A stretch of DNA of 64,000 nucleotides from a virus (taxonomy: Duplodnaviria; Heunggongvirae; Uroviricota; Caudoviricetes). Of this stretch, positions 1 to 8,120 are shown in pieces (the first letter of the stretch is position 1; every line of letters starts with the position of its first letter). The notes below the pieces were generated by a model. The model did not search any database, had not been told where the DNA came from, and worked only from the letters and a program-made list of their open reading frames with translations. The translations under genes and the position numbers were made by a program. The stretch lies in the IMG/VR virus record IMGVR_UViG_3300010279_000462; one strand, written 5' to 3'.

Positions 1-1674
1 AGCTGGATCTGCACGATGGTCATGGCGGCGTCGCTGACCCTGCCCATGGCTTTGAAGGATGTCGGCACGGTGCTGAAGACCACCCAGCAGAAGGACAAAG
101 AGGGTGAGCGGTTGATCCGGCTGTTCTCCATGCCCTGCAAGCCGACCAAGACCAACGGCGGCCGCACGAGAAATCTGCCTGAGCATTTCCCGGCAGACTG
201 GGCGAAGTTCAGGTATTACTGCGTTCAGGATGTCAACACCGAGGTGGACATCTACAAGCGGCTGAAACGCTTCCCGATGCCGGCACAGGAGTGGCATCAC
301 TATCAGGTGAACGAGCGCATCAATGACCGGGGCGTGATGATCGATACGGAGCTGGTGCAGCAGGCAATCGCCTGTGACCTGATGCTTTCGGATGCCATGG
401 GCAAGAAAGCCTATGAGCTGACCGGCTTGGAGAATCCAAACTCGGTGTCGCAGCTCAAGACATGGCTGGAGGAACGCGGCATCCCGATGGACACGCTGGG
501 CAAGAAGGATGTGGCCGAGATGATCGGAGAGCTGGACAAAAACGGCGTGGACGCCGAGGCAATGGATATGCTCAAGCTCCGGCTCCAGATGGCAAAGTCC
601 TCCGTCAAAAAGTATCAGGCGGCAGAACGCTGCGTCTGTGCGGATGGCAGGGCAAGAGGTCTGTTCCAGTTCTATGGCGCAAGCCGGACGGGACGCTACT
701 CCGGCCGGAATATCCAGTTACAGAATCTTCCGCAGAACCATATCTCCACGCTGGACGAAGCACGGACGCTGGTGAAGATGGGCTGCTTCGATATGGTGGA
801 GAGCATCTACGGCAACACCCCGGATGTCCTCTCCCAGCTCATCCGCACGATGCTCATCCCGAAAGAAGGCTGTGAGTTCATCGTGGCGGACTTCTCCGCC
901 ATTGAAGCCCGCGTCCTCGCATGGGAAGCAGATGAACAGTGGGTGCTGGATGCTTTTCAGAACGGCGAGGACCTCTACTGCGCCACAGCTTCCCAGATGT
1001 TCCATGTGCCGGTGGTTAAGCACGGCGTCAACGGCGAGTTGCGGCAGAAAGGCAAGATTGCAACATTGGCCTGCGGCTACGGCGGCTCGTCCGGCGCGCT
1101 CATCAGCATGGGCGCTTTGCAGATGGGATTGAAGGAAGAAGAACTGCCGGAGATCATCGACTCCTGGCGGGAAGCCAACCCGAAGATCGTTCAGTACTGG
1201 TGGGACACAGAGAAGGCAGCAATGACTGCCTTCAAGACCGGCGAGGAGCAAGAGGTTGGCAAGATCCGCTTTGCGTTTTCCTCCGGCACACTCTGGATGC
1301 TCCTTCCGTCCGGCAGAAAGCTGGCGTATCTGGACCCCAAGCAGCAGCCGAACCGCTTTGGTCGCATGAGCGTGACCTACAAGGGCGTGGGACAGAACCA
1401 CAAGTGGAGCCGACAGGAGACCTACTCAGGACGGCTTGTCGAGAACGCCACACAGGCGATTGCCCGTGACATCCTTGCGGAAGCCATGGCGCGGATCGAG
1501 GCACACGGTCTGAATATCGTGGCCCATGTCCATGACGAGGTCATCATCGAGGCACCCAAGGGAAAGTACACGGTGGATGAGGTCTGTAAGCTCATGTCCG
1601 AGAATCCGGCATGGTGCAAAGGACTTCCACTTTCCGCAGCCGGGTACAAGGGCAACTACTACTTCAAGGATTGA
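1..1674 (+). CDS. DNA polymerase I-like (family A) polymerase domain, 5'-truncated by window edge
   Basis: Frame continues from position 1. Pol A motifs KGKIATLACGYGGSSGAL and HVHDEVIIEAP are present. Confidence 0.85.
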   Translation, partial: SWICTMVMAASLTLPMALKDVGTVLKTTQQKDKEGERLIRLFSMPCKPTKTNGGRTRNLPEHFPADWAKFRYYCVQDVNTEVDIYKRLKRFPMPAQEWHHYQVNERINDRGVMIDTELVQQAIACDLMLSDAMGKKAYELTGLENPNSVSQLKTWLEERGIPMDTLGKKDVAEMIGELDKNGVDAEAMDMLKLRLQMAKSSVKKYQAAERCVCADGRARGLFQFYGASRTGRYSGRNIQLQNLPQNHISTLDEARTLVKMGCFDMVESIYGNTPDVLSQLIRTMLIPKEGCEFIVADFSAIEARVLAWEADEQWVLDAFQNGEDLYCATASQMFHVPVVKHGVNGELRQKGKIATLACGYGGSSGALISMGALQMGLKEEELPEIIDSWREANPKIVQYWWDTEKAAMTAFKTGEEQEVGKIRFAFSSGTLWMLLPSGRKLAYLDPKQQPNRFGRMSVTYKGVGQNHKWSRQETYSGRLVENATQAIARDILAEAMARIEAHGLNIVAHVHDEVIIEAPKGKYTVDEVCKLMSENPAWCKGLPLSAAGYKGNYYFKD

Positions 1675-1683
1675 GGTGAGGAT

Positions 1684-2022
1684 ATGCCGCACGCCATTGA
1701 GATGAAGGACGGCAAGCTCCTGACGGTCTTTGATGTCAGGGATATGCTTGAAGCTGTGTCCGACTATGCCGGGGAAGAACTGGCGCGGGAACTTGGCAGC
1801 TACCTCGATACCAATGTCGAGGACATCGGTGACTACGAAAAGGAATTTGACCGACTGGATCAGGAGAACGAACGGCTGGCAGACCACTATCGGGGCGTCC
1901 TGTGCAACATTCAGGAAGAACTGTATGCGCTGGACACCCTGCTGAGTGACACCCGTCTGAATCGCGCCCGGATGCAGGGTGCGGTGAAGATCCTCCACCA
2001 GATGGTCAATCGAGAGCTGTGA
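1684..2022 (+). CDS. hypothetical phage protein
   Basis: 112-aa ORF with an RBS GAGG upstream, in the collinear replication operon. Confidence 0.5.
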   Translation: MPHAIEMKDGKLLTVFDVRDMLEAVSDYAGEELARELGSYLDTNVEDIGDYEKEFDRLDQENERLADHYRGVLCNIQEELYALDTLLSDTRLNRARMQGAVKILHQMVNREL

Positions 2023-2043
2023 ACACAGCAGAAAGGACAGCCA

Positions 2044-3111
2044 ATGAAAACAGGAAGAAACCTGCAGGAAGTTCTGGTCGAGCTGAACCGCCAGAACAAG
2101 GCAAAGCAGGATTTTATCAGCCCGGCACAGGGAATGCGCCTCCGGGAAGATGGACACACCTTTGAGCTGAACCATCTGACCACAGACCAGCAGATGACCT
2201 TCGGCACGACTTCGCTGTTCCACCGTCAGGTGGCATCGGCACTGGGCATCCCTGCCAAGTACTATGACCTCATGCAGTCGCAGAAGCCGGAGCTGCTGGC
2301 CGAGAACGTGAACGCCTGGTTCGCGGACAAGCCCAGCTCCTACATGGTGCGGTCCATGGATTACGGCGCAGGACAGGTCGCCCGTGCGTTGCTGTCAGAG
2401 CGGTACCGCCGCATTGATAACATGGAAATCGCCACAGCGGTTCTGCCACTGTTCGCCGGTTCTGACCAGTACGAGGTTATGTCGTGCGAGGTCACGGAGA
2501 ACCGTCTGTACCTCAAGGTGGTCAACCACAGGCTGGAGATGGAAGTCCGCAAGGGCGACATCGTGCAAGCCGGCGTGATGATTTCCAATTCCGAGGTCGG
2601 TCTGGGTGCAGTCTCCATCCAGCCCCTTGTTTATCGTCTGGTCTGCACCAACGGCATGGTGGTCAATGACATGGGCGAACGCCGCCACCATGTTGGCAGA
2701 CAGGCCAAGGCGGTCGAGGACAGCTTTGCACTGTATTCGGACGAAACCATGGAGGCAGAGGACAAGGCGTTCCTCCTCAAGCTCCGCGACACCACGATGG
2801 CCGCCATTGAGGAGAGCCGCTTCGCACAGGTGGTTGGCCGCTTGCAGGAATCCATGGAGGTTCCCATCACCGGCAAGGTACAGGATGTGGTGCAGCTGAC
2901 CTCCCAGAGCTACGGCATCAACGCGGAGGAGCAGGAGGGAATCCTCAAGTACCTTATCGAAGGCGGTGACCTGTCCCTCTATGGTTTGTCCAATGCGGTC
3001 ACGAGGGCCTCGCAGGATGTCGCCTCGTATGACCGCGCTACTGCGCTGGAAGGCATCGGATGGCAGGTCGCCACTATGGAGTCGGCACAGTGGAAAGAAA
3101 TCAATCGATGA
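2044..3111 (+). CDS. DUF932-like phage/plasmid-associated protein
   Basis: 355-aa ORF. Size and sequence character resemble the DUF932 family. The family assignment is from memory only. Confidence 0.5.
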   Translation: MKTGRNLQEVLVELNRQNKAKQDFISPAQGMRLREDGHTFELNHLTTDQQMTFGTTSLFHRQVASALGIPAKYYDLMQSQKPELLAENVNAWFADKPSSYMVRSMDYGAGQVARALLSERYRRIDNMEIATAVLPLFAGSDQYEVMSCEVTENRLYLKVVNHRLEMEVRKGDIVQAGVMISNSEVGLGAVSIQPLVYRLVCTNGMVVNDMGERRHHVGRQAKAVEDSFALYSDETMEAEDKAFLLKLRDTTMAAIEESRFAQVVGRLQESMEVPITGKVQDVVQLTSQSYGINAEEQEGILKYLIEGGDLSLYGLSNAVTRASQDVASYDRATALEGIGWQVATMESAQWKEINR

Positions 3112-3121
3112 GGTGACGGCT

Positions 3122-3331
3122 ATGGAAAAGGAAACACTGGTCGTTCACTGGGTCGAACACAAGAATCAAAGTCCGCCTGAGCGCAGGCACAACCGCAGTC
3201 ACGCTGACCCCACGGCAGATGCCGCCATCGGTCATGTGCTGCTGGAAGAACGCAGGAAGAAACACAAAAAGAAGCCCCGCACCGGAGTGTGGCGGGCAAA
3301 GGAGGAGCCGGATGAGGGAGAGCGAGGTTGA
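3122..3331 (+). CDS. small hypothetical protein
   Basis: 69-aa ORF between the DUF932-like and VRR-NUC genes. It overlaps the VRR-NUC start. Weak call. Confidence 0.3.
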   Translation: MEKETLVVHWVEHKNQSPPERRHNRSHADPTADAAIGHVLLEERRKKHKKKPRTGVWRAKEEPDEGERG

Positions 3332-3716
3332 GCGGCAGTTCGTGGAAGCTGTGAGGGCCGCCGGAGGGCAGGCCCTCAAATTTACGAGCCAGAGCATGAA
3401 CGGCGTACCTGACCGGCTGGTGCTGCTCATTGGCGGCAAGTGCGCCTTTGTAGAGCTGAAGGCGCCCGGCAAGCAGATGCGGCTTCTTCAGCGCAAACGC
3501 CGACAGCAGTTGGAAGCACTGGGCTTCCCTGTGTTCTGCGTGGACCGCCCGGAGCAGATCCAGCCCGCCATCGATGCACTGCTGCAATGGAATCCCGGTG
3601 AGCCGATTCCACAGGGCATCGGAGCAAAGATCCCGGAGATGCCGCGTGTCACGCTCTCGGAGCAAGCCACGCTCCCGGAGCAAGCCGCGCTCCCGGAAAA
3701 GGGGGACAGCACATGA
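3312..3716 (+). CDS. VRR-NUC domain nuclease
   Basis: RBS AAGGAGGAG precedes ATG 3312. Motifs DRLVLLIGGKCAFVELKAPGKQMRLLQ...LGFPVF are typical of VRR-NUC. Confidence 0.8.
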   Translation: MRESEVERQFVEAVRAAGGQALKFTSQSMNGVPDRLVLLIGGKCAFVELKAPGKQMRLLQRKRRQQLEALGFPVFCVDRPEQIQPAIDALLQWNPGEPIPQGIGAKIPEMPRVTLSEQATLPEQAALPEKGDST

Positions 3717-5089
3717 AGTTCATTCCGCATGATTACCAAAGCTACTGCACGGAGTACATCAAGACACACCCCGTCGCAGCTCTTTTTCTCGACATGGGAC
3801 TTGGCAAAACGGTCATTACTCTGACTGCCATCCAAGACCTCATGCTGGACACATTCGAGGTCAACAAGGTGCTGATCATTGCGCCGCTTCGTGTTGCCCG
3901 CGACACATGGCCGGCAGAAATTGAGAAGTGGGACCATCTGAAAAATCTGGACATTTCAATCGTCGTAGGCGATGTGAAGACACGCATTGCCGCTGTCCAT
4001 CACCCGGCCATGATCTATGTGGTCAACCGGGAAAATGTCAAATGGCTGGTGGAGTACTACGAGAAAAACGGGATGCGCTGGGACTTCAGCATGGTGGTCA
4101 TCGACGAGCTTTCGTCCTTCAAAAATTATCAGTCCCAGCGGTTCAAGTATCTGCGGAAAGTCCGACCCTTTGTGAAACGCTGGGTCGGGCTGACCGGCAC
4201 ACCGTCCTCCAACGGACTTATGGATCTCTGGGCCGAGATAGGAATTTTGGACGGTGGAGAGCGTTTGGGAAAGTTTATCGGTCGTTACCGTGAAGCCTAT
4301 TTCAAGGCATCGTCCATGAATCCGGCCAATGGTATCGTGTTCCAGTATAAGCCCAGAGAGGGAGCCGAGGAGCTAATCTACCAGAGAATCTCGGACATCA
4401 CCATTTCTATGAAGGCTCTGGACTACCTGCATATGCCGGACTGCATCCCGACCCGGTATGAGGTGGAGATGAACACGGAGGAGCGCAAGCTCTACGATAT
4501 GCTCAAGCAGGACCTTCTCATCCCGCTGAAGGATGGCGACATAGACGCTGCCAACGCTGCATCACTGACTGGAAAATTGTTGCAGATGAGCAATGGAGCT
4601 GTCTACGATGAGAACGGCAAAGCGAGAGTTCTGCATGACCACAAGCTGGAAGCTCTGGAGGACCTGATCGAAGCCGCCAATGGTCAGTCCGTTCTGGTGG
4701 CCTACTGGTTTAAGCATGACCGCCAGCGTATTATCGACCACCTGACAAAGCTGAAGATCCCGGTGAGGGACATCAAGACGAGCGAGGACATCAGGGACTG
4801 GAACGCCGGGAATGTCCCGGTCGCCCTGATCCATCCTGCCTCTGCCGGCCACGGTCTGAACATCCAGCAGGGCGGACACATCCTGATCTGGTTCGGGCTG
4901 ACATGGAGCCTCGAACTGTATCAGCAGACCAACGCCCGGCTTTGGCGACAGGGACAGACACAGGTGGTCACCATCCACCACATCATCACCAAGGACACGG
5001 TGGACGAGGATGTCATGGCCGCCCTTGAGCAGAAAGACATGACACAGGAGAAGCTGATTTCCGCCGTCAAAGCACGGCTGGAGGAATAG
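3713..5089 (+). CDS. SNF2-family DEAD/DEAH helicase
   Basis: Walker A DMGLGKT and DEAH-like VIDELSS are present. A C-terminal helicase domain is present. The VRR-NUC plus SNF2 pairing is common in phages. Confidence 0.85.
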   Translation: MKFIPHDYQSYCTEYIKTHPVAALFLDMGLGKTVITLTAIQDLMLDTFEVNKVLIIAPLRVARDTWPAEIEKWDHLKNLDISIVVGDVKTRIAAVHHPAMIYVVNRENVKWLVEYYEKNGMRWDFSMVVIDELSSFKNYQSQRFKYLRKVRPFVKRWVGLTGTPSSNGLMDLWAEIGILDGGERLGKFIGRYREAYFKASSMNPANGIVFQYKPREGAEELIYQRISDITISMKALDYLHMPDCIPTRYEVEMNTEERKLYDMLKQDLLIPLKDGDIDAANAASLTGKLLQMSNGAVYDENGKARVLHDHKLEALEDLIEAANGQSVLVAYWFKHDRQRIIDHLTKLKIPVRDIKTSEDIRDWNAGNVPVALIHPASAGHGLNIQQGGHILIWFGLTWSLELYQQTNARLWRQGQTQVVTIHHIITKDTVDEDVMAALEQKDMTQEKLISAVKARLEE

Positions 5090-5119
5090 CTCTCACCCTG
5101 AATAATAGGAGTAAGCAAT

Positions 5120-5836
5120 ATGAGCAAGATTCTATTTCTGAACGAAACCGACCGAAACGCATCGTATAAGACGGAGTACCGATATAAGACCGCCAAGCCG
5201 GTGAAGGCAGCCAAACCCAAGCGGGATGATGCCGGCTTCATCATCCCTTACGCAATGTTCCGTCCCATCCGGGAGCTGGGTCTGATCTGCGAGCTGCTGG
5301 GGGACACCCCGGTGCGCCGCAGTGCCGACCTCAAGATGAACCTTGACTATCTGATGAAGGAAGCCTACGAACACGCCATCGAGCAGATCATGTGCGGTGT
5401 CCGCTTGCAGGAGGTCCGCTGCCAGATGCAGTTCAATGCGGAAGACCGGGCATGGGAGCATTACACCCGGCTGCGGGAGAAGGGGCAGTACGCAGTCATG
5501 CCTTCGGTCACGGTGGAGGAACGCCGCCGGGTCATCCTTGGCGCGATCACTTGGAAGTATGACTGGATTCAGAAGCACAAGAAGTGGTGCTTCCAGTTCG
5601 CCGATGCGGTCATCACAAGAGAGAAGAACGGCGGCACGGAGAGCTGGAGCCAGTCCCAGTTCATTGAGAAGTTCATTCAGGTCGCAGATTCTCTGCCGGA
5701 AGCCAACCGACGACTGCTTGACCAACTGTACGAGACGGCTTGGGAGGTTATCCAGATTTATCGGTACGATGCTGATCCCTGCCAAGTGCCGGCTCCCTGG
5801 TATGACAAGAAGGAGGAAAACGATGCAGCAGAGTAA
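5120..5836 (+). CDS. hypothetical phage protein
   Basis: 238-aa ORF with good coding density. No recognisable motif. Confidence 0.5.
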   Translation: MSKILFLNETDRNASYKTEYRYKTAKPVKAAKPKRDDAGFIIPYAMFRPIRELGLICELLGDTPVRRSADLKMNLDYLMKEAYEHAIEQIMCGVRLQEVRCQMQFNAEDRAWEHYTRLREKGQYAVMPSVTVEERRRVILGAITWKYDWIQKHKKWCFQFADAVITREKNGGTESWSQSQFIEKFIQVADSLPEANRRLLDQLYETAWEVIQIYRYDADPCQVPAPWYDKKEENDAAE

Positions 5837-6212
5837 CACATTGCCGGCAGTTAAGAGCTTGTCGGAAGTTAAGACCTTGCCGGCAGCCAAGACCCCGTCG
5901 GCAGATAAGACTTTCCAGCCGCAGGAGAACCCTGAATGCTACGAGAACCTGGCGAATGCCATTGTCTTGCAGGCGTTCAAGGACTATAAGCGCGCACTGT
6001 GGAAGCTGTCACATGATCCGTATGACATTGACGCCGCAAGAAATAAGAAGAAGCTGGATCGTTTCTTCGATTCCAACTGGTATCGGCTGCTCACGGATGT
6101 GGATGCCGCTATTCTGGTGGGAGAAGCAAAGCGTCAGGTAGAGGACAGGTACGAGAAGCAGCAGAGGGCGATCCAGAGGTCGCGGGCGAGAAGAGCTGCC
6201 TTTGCCATGTAA
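5823..6212 (+). CDS. hypothetical phage protein
   Basis: Starts MQQSNT with RBS AGGAGGAAAACG upstream. It sits in the long ORF 5397-6212 but in the frame that follows the 5120-5836 gene. Confidence 0.45.
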   Translation: MQQSNTLPAVKSLSEVKTLPAAKTPSADKTFQPQENPECYENLANAIVLQAFKDYKRALWKLSHDPYDIDAARNKKKLDRFFDSNWYRLLTDVDAAILVGEAKRQVEDRYEKQQRAIQRSRARRAAFAM

Positions 6213-6243
6213 AACAAAGTCGGTCAGGAAGGAGGGCTTGACC

Positions 6244-6792
6244 ATGAACGAGGAAGCAAGCAACGCACAGGAAATCACAAAATCCGAACACTACATGGAA
6301 AAAGCCAGAGAACTGGCCGATTCCTATCCGCGTCTTCTGGAAAAGCGGCGGGAGCTGAAAGAGCAGATCGATGAATCTGCTGCTTGGCTGTACACACGGG
6401 ACGAGGTCATCTACAAGCTGTCGCAGGGTGCGCATGAGCAAGGTGAGCGCGTCAAGACAAGCGGCACTTCCAACCCGGTGGAGCGCACGGTCCTCAACTG
6501 CGACAAGGTGATGGCCTCCATGAACCGGGAAATCCTGAAACAGCGGGACGCCGAGCTGATGGAGCCGTACCGCCGAGTCTGCGAGGACATCGAGTTGTTT
6601 GAAATCGGCTTGCGCAGTCTGAAAGGGCAGACCCGGCAGGTTGCTCAGGAACTTTTCGTGCAGCGGAAAGCCATCCCTGCCGTGACGGATGCTGTCGGCA
6701 AACCCATCGGCCGAAAGACCGTGGAGGCTGAACGGGAGAGGGCACTTGCCGGCATTGCTAAGACCTTGGAACGATTGGAGGTGGCAGTTTGA
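6244..6792 (+). CDS. hypothetical phage protein
   Basis: Starts MNEEAS with RBS GGAAGGAGGG. 183 aa. Confidence 0.5.
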   Translation: MNEEASNAQEITKSEHYMEKARELADSYPRLLEKRRELKEQIDESAAWLYTRDEVIYKLSQGAHEQGERVKTSGTSNPVERTVLNCDKVMASMNREILKQRDAELMEPYRRVCEDIELFEIGLRSLKGQTRQVAQELFVQRKAIPAVTDAVGKPIGRKTVEAERERALAGIAKTLERLEVAV

Positions 6793-7241
6793 AAAACACA
6801 GAGGAAGTCACAGAGGAGATGAGCCGTCTGGTCATCTCGCTGTGCGATAAATACCGCAGGATTTACACGGAGGAGCTGAAAGCCAAGGCGGAACTTCACG
6901 ACTATGCAAAGTCCTCAGCGGAGGCGGTCTATCCCAAGGAAAAGGAAATGTACGAGAAGCTCTCCGCCGATGCTTCTACACGGTGTCTGATGGCCTATCA
7001 GTGGCGGCGGGACTTCAACATTGCCTTGCAGAAGGTGGAACCGCTCAAGGCAAGGCTGGTGCTGGAGCAGCACTTGATCCACGGAATGCCCCTGAAAGCC
7101 ATTGTCGGTGATCGTGGCAAAACCATGGGAAGAACCACTGCATCGCGCTACAAGCAGATCGGAATCTGGGCTTTTGCCGGGGAACTGGAGAAGATTCTCC
7201 CGGAGCTGGACAACAAGGAAAAATATATCTACGAAAAGTGA
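6789..7241 (+). CDS. putative phage transcriptional regulator (ArpU/sigma-region-4-like HTH)
   Basis: 150 aa. C-terminal HTH-like segment LKAIVGDRGKTMGRTTASRYKQ. Located at the end of the early operon. Assignment is tentative. Confidence 0.4.
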   Translation: MKNTEEVTEEMSRLVISLCDKYRRIYTEELKAKAELHDYAKSSAEAVYPKEKEMYEKLSADASTRCLMAYQWRRDFNIALQKVEPLKARLVLEQHLIHGMPLKAIVGDRGKTMGRTTASRYKQIGIWAFAGELEKILPELDNKEKYIYEK

Positions 7242-7291
7242 ACACTTTGGGTCAATGTGGAACGTCAAAGGAACACTTTGGAACATTTTTC

Positions 7292-7323
7292 TTGTTTACG
7301 GTACGTCTGCTTTTTGCTATAAT
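7292..7323 (+). promoter_or_regulatory. putative sigma70-like promoter (TTGTTT ... TATAAT)
   Basis: -10 TATAAT at 7318-7323 with a -35-like TTGTTTAC upstream. Spacing is slightly long. Confidence 0.3.
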
Positions 7324-7355
7324 TTATACTGGAAAAGCTGGATAGAGAGCGATGT

Positions 7356-7394
7356 GCCGAAGCGGTCAGATGTGACCTCGCTTCGGCTTTTTTG
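7356..7394 (+). terminator. rho-independent terminator-like hairpin
   Basis: GCCGAAGCG...CGCTTCGGC stem followed by TTTTTTG. Confidence 0.5.
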
Positions 7395-7520
7395 TTCTCC
7401 TTTTCTCCATTTACGAACATGAATTCCCATATGAATTCTCCATTTTCCGCTATCTATCCGGCTTTCTTTTACATCACAAATCCTCTCTACGAATCCCATC
7501 CACGAAAGAGGTGAACAGAA

Positions 7521-8120
7521 ATGGGTCGAAAGAATAAGAATGGGCGTCCGAAGCCCCATGTGAATAAGTACATCAACCAGAAAGGCAAGCTGCTCAAGAA
7601 GCAACCGTCGCTCAAGAAACGAATGCTCCCTCGCAAGGAGCGCAGCACACTGAAGGCGGAGGCAGAGATTATCTCTAAGGTGACCGCTCCTGCGCCGCAG
7701 TCGGTACGCCGGTTTGAGATCTGGTTTGCCGAGCTTGGCAACCATTACGGCAGCTCCGTGCAGAGCGGCAGCCGTCCGGTGCTGGTCATGAGCAATGATG
7801 TGGCAAACCACTACTCCAGCACCTTGACGGTGATCCCGATGACCACCGTGATGAAAAAGCTGGAACTGCCCACGCACATCCCGGTGTCGGAGGCGGATTG
7901 CCAGATGTACGGCAGCCACACCTATCTGCGGGAGTCTATCGCTCTGGCAGAACAGGTCACGACCATCGACAAGAAAGCCCTGCGCAATGTCCTGTGCCGA
8001 GTGACCTCTGCCGAAAAGCAGAAGGAAATCGAGCAGGCACTTGCGGGCTTCTTCAATATGGCTGCTGCGAACACAGTGGCACCTGATACCACTACCAACG
8101 AGGAGGCGAGAACATGGTAG
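7521..8120 (+). CDS. MazF/PemK-fold toxin-like protein with Lys/Arg-rich N-terminal extension
   Basis: Core FEIWFAELGNHYGSSVQSGSRPVLVMSNDVANHYSSTLTVIPMTT...LPTHIPV matches the PemK/MazF pattern. There is an N-terminal ~60-aa basic extension. RBS AAGAGGTGA. Confidence 0.65.
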   Translation: MGRKNKNGRPKPHVNKYINQKGKLLKKQPSLKKRMLPRKERSTLKAEAEIISKVTAPAPQSVRRFEIWFAELGNHYGSSVQSGSRPVLVMSNDVANHYSSTLTVIPMTTVMKKLELPTHIPVSEADCQMYGSHTYLRESIALAEQVTTIDKKALRNVLCRVTSAEKQKEIEQALAGFFNMAAANTVAPDTTTNEEARTW

